Positions 10,287-19,003 of a stretch of DNA of 52,908 bases are shown piece after piece. The DNA comes from Parcubacteria group bacterium (GTDB lineage Bacteria > Patescibacteriota > Minisyncoccia > 2-02-FULL-40-12 > IGHO2-01-FULL-4-A), in the NCBI GenBank assembly GCA_043821485.1, contig JBDRCU010000010.1:1-52908 (forward strand). The letters are read 5' to 3'. The position numbers and the translations under genes are program-made. Position 1 is the stretch's first letter, and each line of letters begins with the position of its first letter. Under the pieces are notes generated by a model, which saw nothing but the letters and a program-made list of their open reading frames with translations, had not been told where the DNA came from and did no database searches.

Positions 10287-10856
10287 ATGAAAAATCAAAG
10301 ACCACAACCAAATAAACAGCTAGGTAATCAATTAGATAAACAGTCTAATAAAAAGAATAGGTTTTCAAGCGATCGAAGAAGGTTTAAAAAACGACCACAG
10401 CAGAAGGCGGATTTTGAATCACGTCTATTGGATGTCGCGCGCGTAACTCGTGTTACAAAAGGAGGTAAAAGATTTAGCTTCAGAGCAACCATGGTCATAG
10501 GAGATGGTAAGGGAATGGTTGGAGTTGGAGTTGCACAAGGCAGAGACGTTGCCCAAGCCATGCAGAAGGCGACTCAACAGGCGCGTAAAGCATCAATTAA
10601 GATAAATATAGTCGATGGAACTATTCCGCATGAAACCACATACAAATATCACGGAGCTATTGTAATCATTAAGCCGGCTTCCCCCGGTAGTGGTATTAAA
10701 GCAGGCGGTGCAGTTCGTGTTGTTGCACGTCTTTCAGGTATTGAGAATTTAACTGCTAAGCTTATTAAAAGAACAAGTAATAAGATTAATATTGCACGTG
10801 CTACGATTGAGGCGCTTAAGAGCATGGAGGCGAAGAAGGAAGAAGAAAAAAAATAA
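10287..10856 (+). CDS. rpsE: 30S ribosomal protein S5
   Basis: RVTRVTKGGKRFSF, PASPGSGIKAGGAVR. Confidence 0.97.
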   Translation: MKNQRPQPNKQLGNQLDKQSNKKNRFSSDRRRFKKRPQQKADFESRLLDVARVTRVTKGGKRFSFRATMVIGDGKGMVGVGVAQGRDVAQAMQKATQQARKASIKINIVDGTIPHETTYKYHGAIVIIKPASPGSGIKAGGAVRVVARLSGIENLTAKLIKRTSNKINIARATIEALKSMEAKKEEEKK

Positions 10857-10857
10857 T

Positions 10858-11334
10858 ATGCAATTACATAATATAAAAATAGGAAACAAGAATAAGGCAT
10901 CCAAGCGCGTAGGACGCGGAGGCAAAAGGGGTGCTTATTCAGGACGCGGGATGAAAGGACAGCAGTCTAGATCAGGTTCGAGTATCAAGCCGGGTTTTAG
11001 AGGAGGAGACCAGCCATTGTGGAAAATATTTCCTAAGCTTAGAGGTGCCACCAAGAAAGTAGCAATCAGACATAGAACTTTTTCTATTACACGTCCTCAT
11101 CCTAATACTGTTAACCTGTCTGATCTTGAGAATCATTTTGATGAGGGTTTCACAATAACCAAGAGATCTATTGTTAAGCGAGGTCTTGTATCAATGGGCA
11201 AGAACGGAATCAAGGTACTTGGAACTGGCAATATAACCAAGAAATTTAAGTTTGACGGACTTTTGTTTTCAGATTCAGCACGTAAGAAAATAGAAGAAGC
11301 AGGAGGTACAATAATAGAGAACAAAGGGAAATAG
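10858..11334 (+). CDS. rplO: 50S ribosomal protein L15
   Basis: RVGRGGKRG, SGRGMKGQQSR, IKVLGTG, KIEEAGG; start set to ATG 10858. Confidence 0.97.
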   Translation: MQLHNIKIGNKNKASKRVGRGGKRGAYSGRGMKGQQSRSGSSIKPGFRGGDQPLWKIFPKLRGATKKVAIRHRTFSITRPHPNTVNLSDLENHFDEGFTITKRSIVKRGLVSMGKNGIKVLGTGNITKKFKFDGLLFSDSARKKIEEAGGTIIENKGK

Positions 11335-11352
11335 TATATAATAAGATCTAGT

Positions 11353-12609
11353 ATGAACAGATTATTAAAAGTATTCAAAATCCCAGAGCTCCGCAATAAG
11401 GTATTTTTTGTGCTTGCAATGCTTGTAGTATTTCGTGTAGCAGCAGCGATACCGATTCCCGGAGTTGCAATTGAAGATTTAAGCAGAATTTTGGATAACC
11501 AGTTTTTGATGCTCATCAGTACGTTTACTGGCGGAGGACTGGATAGTTTTTCTATTGTAATGCTTGGTCTTGGTCCTTACATTACTGCATCCATTATTAT
11601 GCAGCTTTTAACTATGATCTTTCCGCAATTGGAGCAGATGTATAAATATGATGGAGAAGCAGGGAAACGTAAATTCAATCAATATTCAAGAATGCTTACA
11701 GTTCCCCTTGCTATTATTCAGGGATTTGCATTTATAGTGCTTCTATCAAGAAACGGCGTACTTGGCGAACTTACCTTATCTGTTTGGATTAACTCCTTGA
11801 TAGTTATTGCTGCTGGTTCGGTATTTTTGATGTGGATTGGAGAATTGATTACGGAGAAGAACATCGGAAATGGAGTATCGCTTATGATTTTTGCAGGAAT
11901 TGTTGCTAATGCGCCGATTTCATTACAGCGAGCATTGACTGACTATACTCCAGAGCGACTCTTCCCTTATATAGCATTCGTTGTGATAGCCATTATTGTT
12001 ATTGCAGGAGTTGTATACTTGACCGAAGGTCAACGCAATATTCCTATTAACTACGCTAAGCGCGTTAGAGGCAATAGAATGTTTGGGGGGGTGTCTACGT
12101 ATTTACCTATGCGTGTAAACAATGCAGGTGTTATGCCTATCATTTTTGCTTTATCAATTCTGTTATTCCCTGGAATGATTGCAAGCTTTTTCGCTGGTTC
12201 GGGTAATAATTTTGTTGCGAGCGCAGGGACTGCAGTTGCCAATTTTTTGCAGAATGCATTTGTATATGGCGCTTTCTATTTTCTTCTTGTTGTTGTCTTT
12301 ACCTATTTTTACACTGCTATTACATTTGATCCCAAGTCAATTTCTGAAAATATTCAAAAACAAGGAGGCTATGTTCCAGGAATCAGGCCGGGCCATCCCA
12401 CTGCGCAATTTTTAACACATTTACTTAATCGTATTACTCTTGTAGGCGCGCTATTTTTGGGTCTCATTGCTGTACTTCCTCAAGTTGTTCAGGGATTTAC
12501 AAGTGTTACTGTATTTACAATTGGAGGTACTTCTATTCTGATTGTTGTTTCAGTTGTTTTGGAAATGATGAAGTCAGTTGATGCCCAGATCTCAATGTAT
12601 GAGTATTAA
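11353..12609 (+). CDS. secY: Preprotein translocase subunit SecY
   Basis: LGLGPYITASII, IGNGVSL, AGVMPIIFA, PGIRPG, GGTSILIVV. Confidence 0.98.
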   Translation: MNRLLKVFKIPELRNKVFFVLAMLVVFRVAAAIPIPGVAIEDLSRILDNQFLMLISTFTGGGLDSFSIVMLGLGPYITASIIMQLLTMIFPQLEQMYKYDGEAGKRKFNQYSRMLTVPLAIIQGFAFIVLLSRNGVLGELTLSVWINSLIVIAAGSVFLMWIGELITEKNIGNGVSLMIFAGIVANAPISLQRALTDYTPERLFPYIAFVVIAIIVIAGVVYLTEGQRNIPINYAKRVRGNRMFGGVSTYLPMRVNNAGVMPIIFALSILLFPGMIASFFAGSGNNFVASAGTAVANFLQNAFVYGAFYFLLVVVFTYFYTAITFDPKSISENIQKQGGYVPGIRPGHPTAQFLTHLLNRITLVGALFLGLIAVLPQVVQGFTSVTVFTIGGTSILIVVSVVLEMMKSVDAQISMYEY

Positions 12610-12611
12610 AA

Positions 12612-13301
12612 ATGGATACTAATAAGACTAAAGAAGTTGTAATTTTCATAGCACCCCCTGGTGCCGGCAAGGGAACCCAAACGAATATTATAGAAGATAA
12701 ACTGGGATATACCCATATAGAAAGCTCAAAGGTAATTGAGGGGAAATTTAATGATGGAGATCAGAAGGATCCTCGTATAATTGAAGCGCGTGAACAATGG
12801 CATTCAGGGGAACTGGTTAATCCGGAATCAGTTACTATGTGGATGACAGAAAAGATGAAGGAAGTTTTTAAAAGGGGTGAGAGTATAATCCTTTCTGGTT
12901 CTCCAAGAACACTTTATGAGGCAGAAGAGGAAGTACCACTTCTAGAAGAGCTATATGGTAAAGATAATATCAAGGTTTTTCATATAACTTTGCCGGAAGA
13001 GGAATCGATTAGACGCAATTCCAAGAGACGAATATGTAAAGCAGAGAGACATCCAATTCCGGACATTCCAAGATATAAGGATATTGATGGATGTCCATGG
13101 GATGGATCAGAAGTTACCACAAGAGCATTAGATAACCCGGAGGTTATTAAAGAGCGTCTTAAAGAGTACAAGAATAGAACAGAGCCAGTTATTAAATATA
13201 TGATAGATAGGGGATATTCAATTATAGAGATCAATGGAAATGAAAGTATCGAAAGCGTGTCTCATGAAATATTGAAATATTTTAATCATGATACAGATTA
13301 A
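12612..13301 (+). CDS. adk: Adenylate kinase family protein
   Basis: P-loop PPGAGKGTQ, GSPRT, LID-like segment; position after secY. Confidence 0.9.
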   Translation: MDTNKTKEVVIFIAPPGAGKGTQTNIIEDKLGYTHIESSKVIEGKFNDGDQKDPRIIEAREQWHSGELVNPESVTMWMTEKMKEVFKRGESIILSGSPRTLYEAEEEVPLLEELYGKDNIKVFHITLPEEESIRRNSKRRICKAERHPIPDIPRYKDIDGCPWDGSEVTTRALDNPEVIKERLKEYKNRTEPVIKYMIDRGYSIIEINGNESIESVSHEILKYFNHDTD

Positions 13302-14061
13302 AAATAAAAAAGAGCTGGAGCTCATGGCTGAAAGTGGGAGTATACTTGCAGGCATAATAAAGGAGTTGAGAAATATTGCAAAACCCGGAATGACAACAAA
13401 AGAATTAGATAGGCTCGCTTCCGAGCTTGTTTTGTTTCATGAAGTCAAACCCGCATTCTTAAAATATAATGGATTCCCTTCAACAGTTTGCCTTTCTGTA
13501 AACGAAGAACTTGTACATGGAGTTCCTTCAGAAAAAGTATTGAAAGAAGGAGATCTATTGAGTATTGATATGGGGGTTATCTATAAAGAATTTTATTCAG
13601 ATAGCGCAACTACATTTCCAGTGCTTGGAGTAATGTCATACGATGAATGGAAGGAAAAGAATCCCGAAGCACACAAGTTAATTTCTGTTACAGAAGAATC
13701 TTTGTACGCGGGTATTAAACAAGCTATAGTCGGCAATCACATAGGTGATATTTCCACGGCAGTGCAAACCATCGTCGAGCGCAATAACTTCAGTATTATT
13801 CGTGACCTTGTGGGTCATGGCATAGGAAGAGACTTGCACGAAGATCCACCTGTTCCGAATTTCAGCAAAGCAGATAAAGGCCCAGAGCTTCAATCCGGCA
13901 TGGTAATAGCAATCGAGCCAATGGTTGCAATAGGCGATAGGCATATAGAAGTCATGTCAGATGGTTTTACATATAAAATGAAAGACAATTCCTTGTCAGC
14001 TCATTTTGAGCATACAGTAGCTATCACAGAAAAAGGTCCGAAGATATTGACGAAAGCTTAG
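13288..14061 (+). CDS. map: Methionine aminopeptidase type I
   Basis: SVNEELVHGVP, IDMG, GHGIG...HEDP, AIEPM, SAHFEHT. Confidence 0.97.
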   Translation: MIQIKNKKELELMAESGSILAGIIKELRNIAKPGMTTKELDRLASELVLFHEVKPAFLKYNGFPSTVCLSVNEELVHGVPSEKVLKEGDLLSIDMGVIYKEFYSDSATTFPVLGVMSYDEWKEKNPEAHKLISVTEESLYAGIKQAIVGNHIGDISTAVQTIVERNNFSIIRDLVGHGIGRDLHEDPPVPNFSKADKGPELQSGMVIAIEPMVAIGDRHIEVMSDGFTYKMKDNSLSAHFEHTVAITEKGPKILTKA

Positions 14062-14065
14062 GGTA

Positions 14066-14241
14066 GGGGCTTTTGCGTTTTAACTCATGCGTTATATATA
14101 AATTTCGCGAGCCCAGTGTGCGAACTAAATTTTGTTCGTGCGGACTCTTCGCCGCCATCTCACAAAATTTGTTCGCACACTAGGTCCATAATAGCTTACT
14201 TAGCATAACGAGAATGCTAAACGCACAACGCAAAAGCCTCC
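14066..14241. repeat. Nested inverted-repeat element (REP/MITE-like)
   Basis: Outer arms ggggcttttgcgtt (14066-14079) / aacgcaaaagcctcc (14227-14241); inner arms cccagtgtgcgaactaaattttgt (14112-14135) / acaaaatttgttcgcacactagg (14162-14184). Confidence 0.75.
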
Positions 14242-14305
14242 ATTTTCTCGCTCATCATTTGATCAAATTATTAGAAAACCCTTTAAAATAAGGGTTTTAT
14301 TGGTA

Positions 14306-14335
14306 TTGACAAATGATAAAATAATATGGTATAAT
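14306..14335 (+). promoter_or_regulatory. Consensus sigma70 promoter
   Basis: TTGACA (14306-14311), 18-nt spacer, TGgTATAAT (-10 at 14330-14335). Confidence 0.85.
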
Positions 14336-14341
14336 ATAGTC

Positions 14342-14663
14342 ACAATTAAAATCTAGTTTAGGGTACTAGAAAGGCCGAAAGGCAAAAAGAGGAGAAAGCA
14401 ATAAAAGGCAATATGCGCTTTTTCTTCGAAAAATCACATATTGCCTTTTTAGATAGACCAGAAACACAGCAAAGAAAGATCATTAACAATTGAATAGCGT
14501 TTGCAAATAACATGACTTGTTTGCAGTCGCTAGCGCACAAATTTTAAGGTTTGTGCGTGTAGGTTATGCCCCGCGTCCGTTTTACAGACGGACATGTAGG
14601 GGACCGAATAGAGAGGATCGCGCATAGTGTGCGATTCAAATTCAAAACGATAGGAGAAGAAAA
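14342..14663 (+). ncRNA. Candidate structured RNA / long 5' leader with about seven consecutive hairpins
   Basis: Stems at 14352-14370, 14374-14383 (GAAA loop), 14403-14449, 14495-14532, 14533-14558, 14569-14602, 14616-14636. No family recognised. Confidence 0.45.
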
Positions 14664-15089
14664 ATGAAACAGAAGTGGAACGTTGTGGCTCTGAGGCGGA
14701 GACTTTCCAACCAGATATGTGTACTGCAGGGGTACTTGGTGCTCCCCCCAAGGTACACCTGGAGGATGAAGGAGGTTACCCGTCGCCTGGAAGAGGTTTG
14801 TATCTCCTCCGTGGGAGAGAAACTTCCGACCGTACAGGACGGGAGGGTCGTATTTCCGGCAGGCGAGGTGTTCATCTCGTCTAGCAGGAGGCCCAAGCAC
14901 CAGGGGTTCTTCTTGGAGCTACCGAAGGAAGTACCTCTCTACATCAATGTTCATACTAGTCCAACTTCCCCGGGAAGGGGAGATAAGGTGAGTTGGACGA
15001 CAAGCGACGGCGAAACCGGTGCCGGCATGATGATCTCCCATGAGACCATTCAGGAAGGTAGGGACGGGATCAAGGAATTGATCTTCTAG
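14664..15089 (+). CDS. Hypothetical GC-rich ORFan
   Basis: 141-aa ORF with AGGAG upstream; visibly more GC-rich than its flanks; no motif recognised. Confidence 0.55.
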   Translation: MKQKWNVVALRRRLSNQICVLQGYLVLPPRYTWRMKEVTRRLEEVCISSVGEKLPTVQDGRVVFPAGEVFISSSRRPKHQGFFLELPKEVPLYINVHTSPTSPGRGDKVSWTTSDGETGAGMMISHETIQEGRDGIKELIF

Positions 15090-15308
15090 TCATCCCATCC
15101 GGTGTCGCGCGTGGGTAGATAATACATCTTAGTTCATTCACCGGGAGACGATTTACAACAAGTAATACAACAGTCTCCCACCCACTTGAGTACTTGAAGA
15201 ATCGAGTGTTCAAGCGGGAGGTTAAGTGAATTTCACAGAGTTGGTTAGTGAGGAGTACCCTAAAAATTTTCTATTTTGACCTCACTGCCAGCTTTGTGGA
15301 ATTCATAG

Positions 15309-15340
15309 AAACTCTAGCTCATATATGCTAGAGTTTTTTT
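15309..15340 (+). terminator. Intrinsic terminator-like hairpin; overlaps a TGcTAGAGT -10-like element 6 nt before the next ATG
   Basis: aaactctagc-tcatatat-gctagagttt followed by a T run. Confidence 0.65.
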
Positions 15341-16051
15341 ATGCATCTTTCTGTCATAATTCCGGCTTTTAATGAATCCAAGCGCATTGTGGAGACTTTG
15401 CATTACATTGATACTTATCTTAAGAAACAGGACTATGACTATGAGATAATACTAGTAGACGATGGTTCTGCTGATGATACGGTTGAAGTTGTTAGAAATT
15501 TGAAAATTAAGAATCTTCGCATTATTGAGAATGAGGAGAATCGTGGCAAAGGCGTTGTTGTAAAACAGGGCATGTTAGAAGCCAAAGGCGAATTAAGGCT
15601 TTTTATGGATGCGGATAACTCAACAACGATTGATCAGATAGAAGCACTCTTGCCTCATTTGGATAAAGGCTATGATGTTGTCATTGGTTCGCGCCGTGTT
15701 TATGGAGCGCAGATTGAAATTCATCAGTCATGGATTAAAGAATTTCTTGGTAAACTCGGTAATCTTTGGATTAGATTTTGGGCAGTGTCTGGTATAAATG
15801 ATACGCAGGCTGGATTTAAACTTTTTACTGCAAAGTCTGCAAATACAATATTTGAAAGAATTACTATTGATCGTTGGGGACTTGACTTTGAAGCACTTGC
15901 AATTGCACGCAAACATAAATTTAAAATTAAAGAAGCACCAATCAAATGGTCCAACGATGAACGATCTAATGTAACAACAGGAGGATATATTAAGACACTT
16001 CTTGAAGCAGTGAAAGTTTGGTGGAATCTTTTAACAGGTAAGTATAAATAA
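15341..16051 (+). CDS. GT2 polyprenyl-phosphate glycosyltransferase (dolichyl-phosphate beta-glucosyltransferase/ALG5-like)
   Basis: SVIIPAFNE, VDDGS, NRGKG, FMDAD, DTQAGFKLF, RWGLDFE. Confidence 0.9.
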   Translation: MHLSVIIPAFNESKRIVETLHYIDTYLKKQDYDYEIILVDDGSADDTVEVVRNLKIKNLRIIENEENRGKGVVVKQGMLEAKGELRLFMDADNSTTIDQIEALLPHLDKGYDVVIGSRRVYGAQIEIHQSWIKEFLGKLGNLWIRFWAVSGINDTQAGFKLFTAKSANTIFERITIDRWGLDFEALAIARKHKFKIKEAPIKWSNDERSNVTTGGYIKTLLEAVKVWWNLLTGKYK

Positions 16052-16052
16052 T

Positions 16053-16682
16053 ATGGATATTGGAATAATTGATGCAGTTGTAGATTGGGGTACTACTATG
16101 ACAGAAACCTGGGGCTATCTTGGAATTTTTATAACTCAATCACTTGAAAGCGTAATGATACCGATTCCATCTGAAGTGGTTCTGCCTTTGGGGGGATTCA
16201 TGTCTTCAATCGGAGAAATGAATTTATGGATGCTTATTCTTGTAGCAACACTAGCAAATCTTGTAGGATCCATAGTTGCATACGTGATTGGCGTCAAAGG
16301 AGGGAGGCCGATTCTTGAGCGTTACGGTAAGTATGTCTTGATAACTCATCATGAAATTGAACGCATGGAGAATCTTCTTGAACATCATGGCAGAAAAGTT
16401 GCATTTATTGCACGTCTTCTTCCAGGAATCAGAACCTTCAGCTCATTGATAATCGGAAGCGTAAGAATGCGTTTTTGGACATTTTTTTGGTATACGCTTG
16501 CAGGATCAGTAATATGGAATGGCGTACTCGCATATATCGGTTTTGCTCTTGGAGAACAATGGGAAGATATACATATATATTTCAGAAAATTTGAGATAGT
16601 TATCCTCGTATTAGTTGTGATTGCTGTAGCGTGGTTTATCATCCATCGTATAAGAATTATACGTAAGGAGGAAAATAAATGA
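16053..16682 (+). CDS. DedA family membrane protein
   Basis: LESVMIPIPSEVVLP, ARLLPGIRT, several TM segments. Confidence 0.93.
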   Translation: MDIGIIDAVVDWGTTMTETWGYLGIFITQSLESVMIPIPSEVVLPLGGFMSSIGEMNLWMLILVATLANLVGSIVAYVIGVKGGRPILERYGKYVLITHHEIERMENLLEHHGRKVAFIARLLPGIRTFSSLIIGSVRMRFWTFFWYTLAGSVIWNGVLAYIGFALGEQWEDIHIYFRKFEIVILVLVVIAVAWFIIHRIRIIRKEENK

Positions 16683-18418
16683 ACCAAGAAACAAAAACTT
16701 GTCAAAACTGCAAAAACGAGTTCATCATAGAACCAGATGACTTTGGATTTTATGAAAAGATAGGAGTGCCTGTGCCAATGTTGTGTCCTGATTGCAGGTA
16801 TCAGAGGCGTATTGCAAATCGTAATGAATGGAACTTCTATCATAGGGAATGCGATTTATGTCACAAGAAGATGGTCTCAATCTATAATCCTTCATACAAA
16901 GGTCTAGTCTATTGTCAGCCGTGTTTTTGGTCAGATGATTGGGATCCCCTTGAATATGGGCGGGACTTTGATTTTTCTCGTTCGTTTTTTGAGCAGTTTA
17001 AAGAACATCGTTTCGGGATTCCAAGGATTGCTCTTGCGAATGAAGGGAGTATAAATTCTGAATACACCAACCAATCCAACAACAATAAAAATTGCTACAT
17101 GTGTGTTGCAACAAATTTGTCAGAAAATTCTATGTATGGTAACTGGATTCAAAACAGCAAAGAATGTGTTGATTGCTGGAACATGAAAGAGTGTGAAATC
17201 ATGTATGAATCTCTTGACTGCTTAAAATGTTACGGATCTGCGTTTTTGGAAACGTGTGTGAATACTCATAATTGTTATTTTGGATTTGAGTTGCATGGTT
17301 GCAATGATTGTTTTGGGTGTATCAACTTACGTAATAAATCGTATTGTTGGTTCAATGAGCAACTTACAAAGGAAGAATACAAGAAACGATTAGATGAAGT
17401 TGACTGGACGAATATTGAGATTAATAAATATAGACAGCAACTACAAAAATTGCAGAATAAACAACCAGTCAAATACTATCATGGAAATAGAATTGTTAAC
17501 TCAACAGGTGACTATATCGGTTTCAATCGAAATACTAGGAGCTCGTTTAATAGTTTTAAAAATGATAATTTAAGCTACGGACAGGATGCATGGGAGGCGC
17601 GAGACTGTAGAGATATGACAGAAACTCTTGATAATGAACTTGATTACGAAATGGAAGGGGCGGGATGGTCTTCTGGAAGCATTGTTTCTTGTAAAAACTG
17701 GTATTCTCCACGTGTATCTTACTCAGAGCTTACATTCTCCAGCTCTGACTTATTCGGTTGTGTTTCTATAAAGACGAAAAAGCATTGCATTTTTAATAAG
17801 CAATATTCCAAAGAAGAATACCTAGAGCTTAAAGATAAAATTATCAAACATATGAAGAAAACAAACGAATGGGGAGAGTTTTTTCCTATTGAAATTTCTC
17901 CATTTCCATACAATGACACTGTTGCACAAGACTATTTTCCATTGATCAAAGAAGAAGTCTTGAATAAAGGTTGGAGATGGTATGACAGACAGGACCGTGA
18001 TTACAAAATTACTAAGAGACATGATGAGATTGTAGGTACAATTGATGAAGTTACAGATGATATAGTAAATCAAGTCATAAGCTGTAAGAGTCAAGACAGT
18101 GAAGAATCAAAGAAGAGTCATATAAGCTGTGCAACTGCTTTTCGTGTAACCCCAGCAGAATTGCAATTTTATCGCAAGATGAAGTTACCCATTCCGGACA
18201 GATGTTTTCCGTGCAGATTGCGAGATCGTTTGAACCGTCGCAATCCTCGTAAACTTTATTCTCGCCAATGCGTATGTGATTATGAGATATACAAGAATAC
18301 CGCAGAACACAGTCATCACAAACAAGGGAGATGTCCCCATGAATTTGAAACATCATATGCTCCAGACAGGAAAGAAATAGTATATTGTGAGAAGTGTTAT
18401 CAGGCTGAAGTTGTATAG
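16679..18418 (+). CDS. Cys-rich zinc-ribbon/solenoid protein of unknown function, paralog 1
   Basis: CQNC...CPDC, CDLC...CQPC, Cys/Asn/Ser-rich middle, twin CFGC...N[EK]QxxKEEY units, C-terminal ETSYAPDRKEIVYCEKCY. Confidence 0.85.
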   Translation: MNQETKTCQNCKNEFIIEPDDFGFYEKIGVPVPMLCPDCRYQRRIANRNEWNFYHRECDLCHKKMVSIYNPSYKGLVYCQPCFWSDDWDPLEYGRDFDFSRSFFEQFKEHRFGIPRIALANEGSINSEYTNQSNNNKNCYMCVATNLSENSMYGNWIQNSKECVDCWNMKECEIMYESLDCLKCYGSAFLETCVNTHNCYFGFELHGCNDCFGCINLRNKSYCWFNEQLTKEEYKKRLDEVDWTNIEINKYRQQLQKLQNKQPVKYYHGNRIVNSTGDYIGFNRNTRSSFNSFKNDNLSYGQDAWEARDCRDMTETLDNELDYEMEGAGWSSGSIVSCKNWYSPRVSYSELTFSSSDLFGCVSIKTKKHCIFNKQYSKEEYLELKDKIIKHMKKTNEWGEFFPIEISPFPYNDTVAQDYFPLIKEEVLNKGWRWYDRQDRDYKITKRHDEIVGTIDEVTDDIVNQVISCKSQDSEESKKSHISCATAFRVTPAELQFYRKMKLPIPDRCFPCRLRDRLNRRNPRKLYSRQCVCDYEIYKNTAEHSHHKQGRCPHEFETSYAPDRKEIVYCEKCYQAEVV

Positions 18419-18424
18419 TGGTCA

Positions 18425-18453
18425 TTGACATGGTGATACACTTTTGATACACT
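18425..18453 (+). promoter_or_regulatory. Toxin-antitoxin promoter with overlapping direct-repeat operator candidate
   Basis: TTGACA-17-TACACT with extended TG; TGATACACT occurs twice (18434-18442, 18445-18453). Confidence 0.7.
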
Positions 18454-18490
18454 AAAAATGTAGTTAATAGTACGATAATTTGTTTTTAAT

Positions 18491-18712
18491 ATGCCTACAC
18501 TCAAAAGACGATTGAATATTTCACTTCCGAACTATCTCGATACGGCTATAAGATATCTGGCGAAGAGAGATCAGGTTCCTCAAGCAACCAAAGCAACTGA
18601 TTTGCTCGAACTTGCGCTTGAAATTGAAGAAGACGGAGTCTGGGATAAAATTGCAAGAAAACGCGACACCAAGGATGCCAAGTACATAGGACATGACAAG
18701 ACATGGTCATGA
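18491..18712 (+). CDS. Ribbon-helix-helix-type antitoxin
   Basis: RRLNISL beta strand followed by two helices, acidic LEIEED segment; ATGA overlap with the RelE-like gene. Confidence 0.8.
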   Translation: MPTLKRRLNISLPNYLDTAIRYLAKRDQVPQATKATDLLELALEIEEDGVWDKIARKRDTKDAKYIGHDKTWS

Positions 18713-18984
18713 GTTTTGATATCCTCTATCACGAATTAGTAAAAAAAGAAGATATACCAAAACTCTCCAAGCGAATGCGAGAGCGTATTCGTGGCGCAAT
18801 AGAAGATAAGTTGTATACGCATCCGGAAATATTCGGCAAGCCATTAAGAAAATCCCGCCATCCTTACAGAAAACTCCGCGTAGGAGATTACAGGGTTATT
18901 TTTAAAATGGAAAAAAGCATTGTTAAGGTGTTAATAATAGAGCACAGATCCGTGGTTTACAAACACCTTAAATTAAGGATATGA
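18709..18984 (+). CDS. RelE/ParE superfamily toxin
   Basis: GKPLR, YRKLRVGDYRVIF, IEHRSVVY; start set to ATG 18709. Confidence 0.92.
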   Translation: MSFDILYHELVKKEDIPKLSKRMRERIRGAIEDKLYTHPEIFGKPLRKSRHPYRKLRVGDYRVIFKMEKSIVKVLIIEHRSVVYKHLKLRI

Positions 18985-19003
18985 TTTAATAAATAAAGCA
19001 AGT

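Noticed and set aside
14358-14900. Several overlapping - strand ORFs in the GC-rich unit
   Set aside because: Expected from high GC and hairpins; promoter, SD and G-U pairing all favour the + strand.
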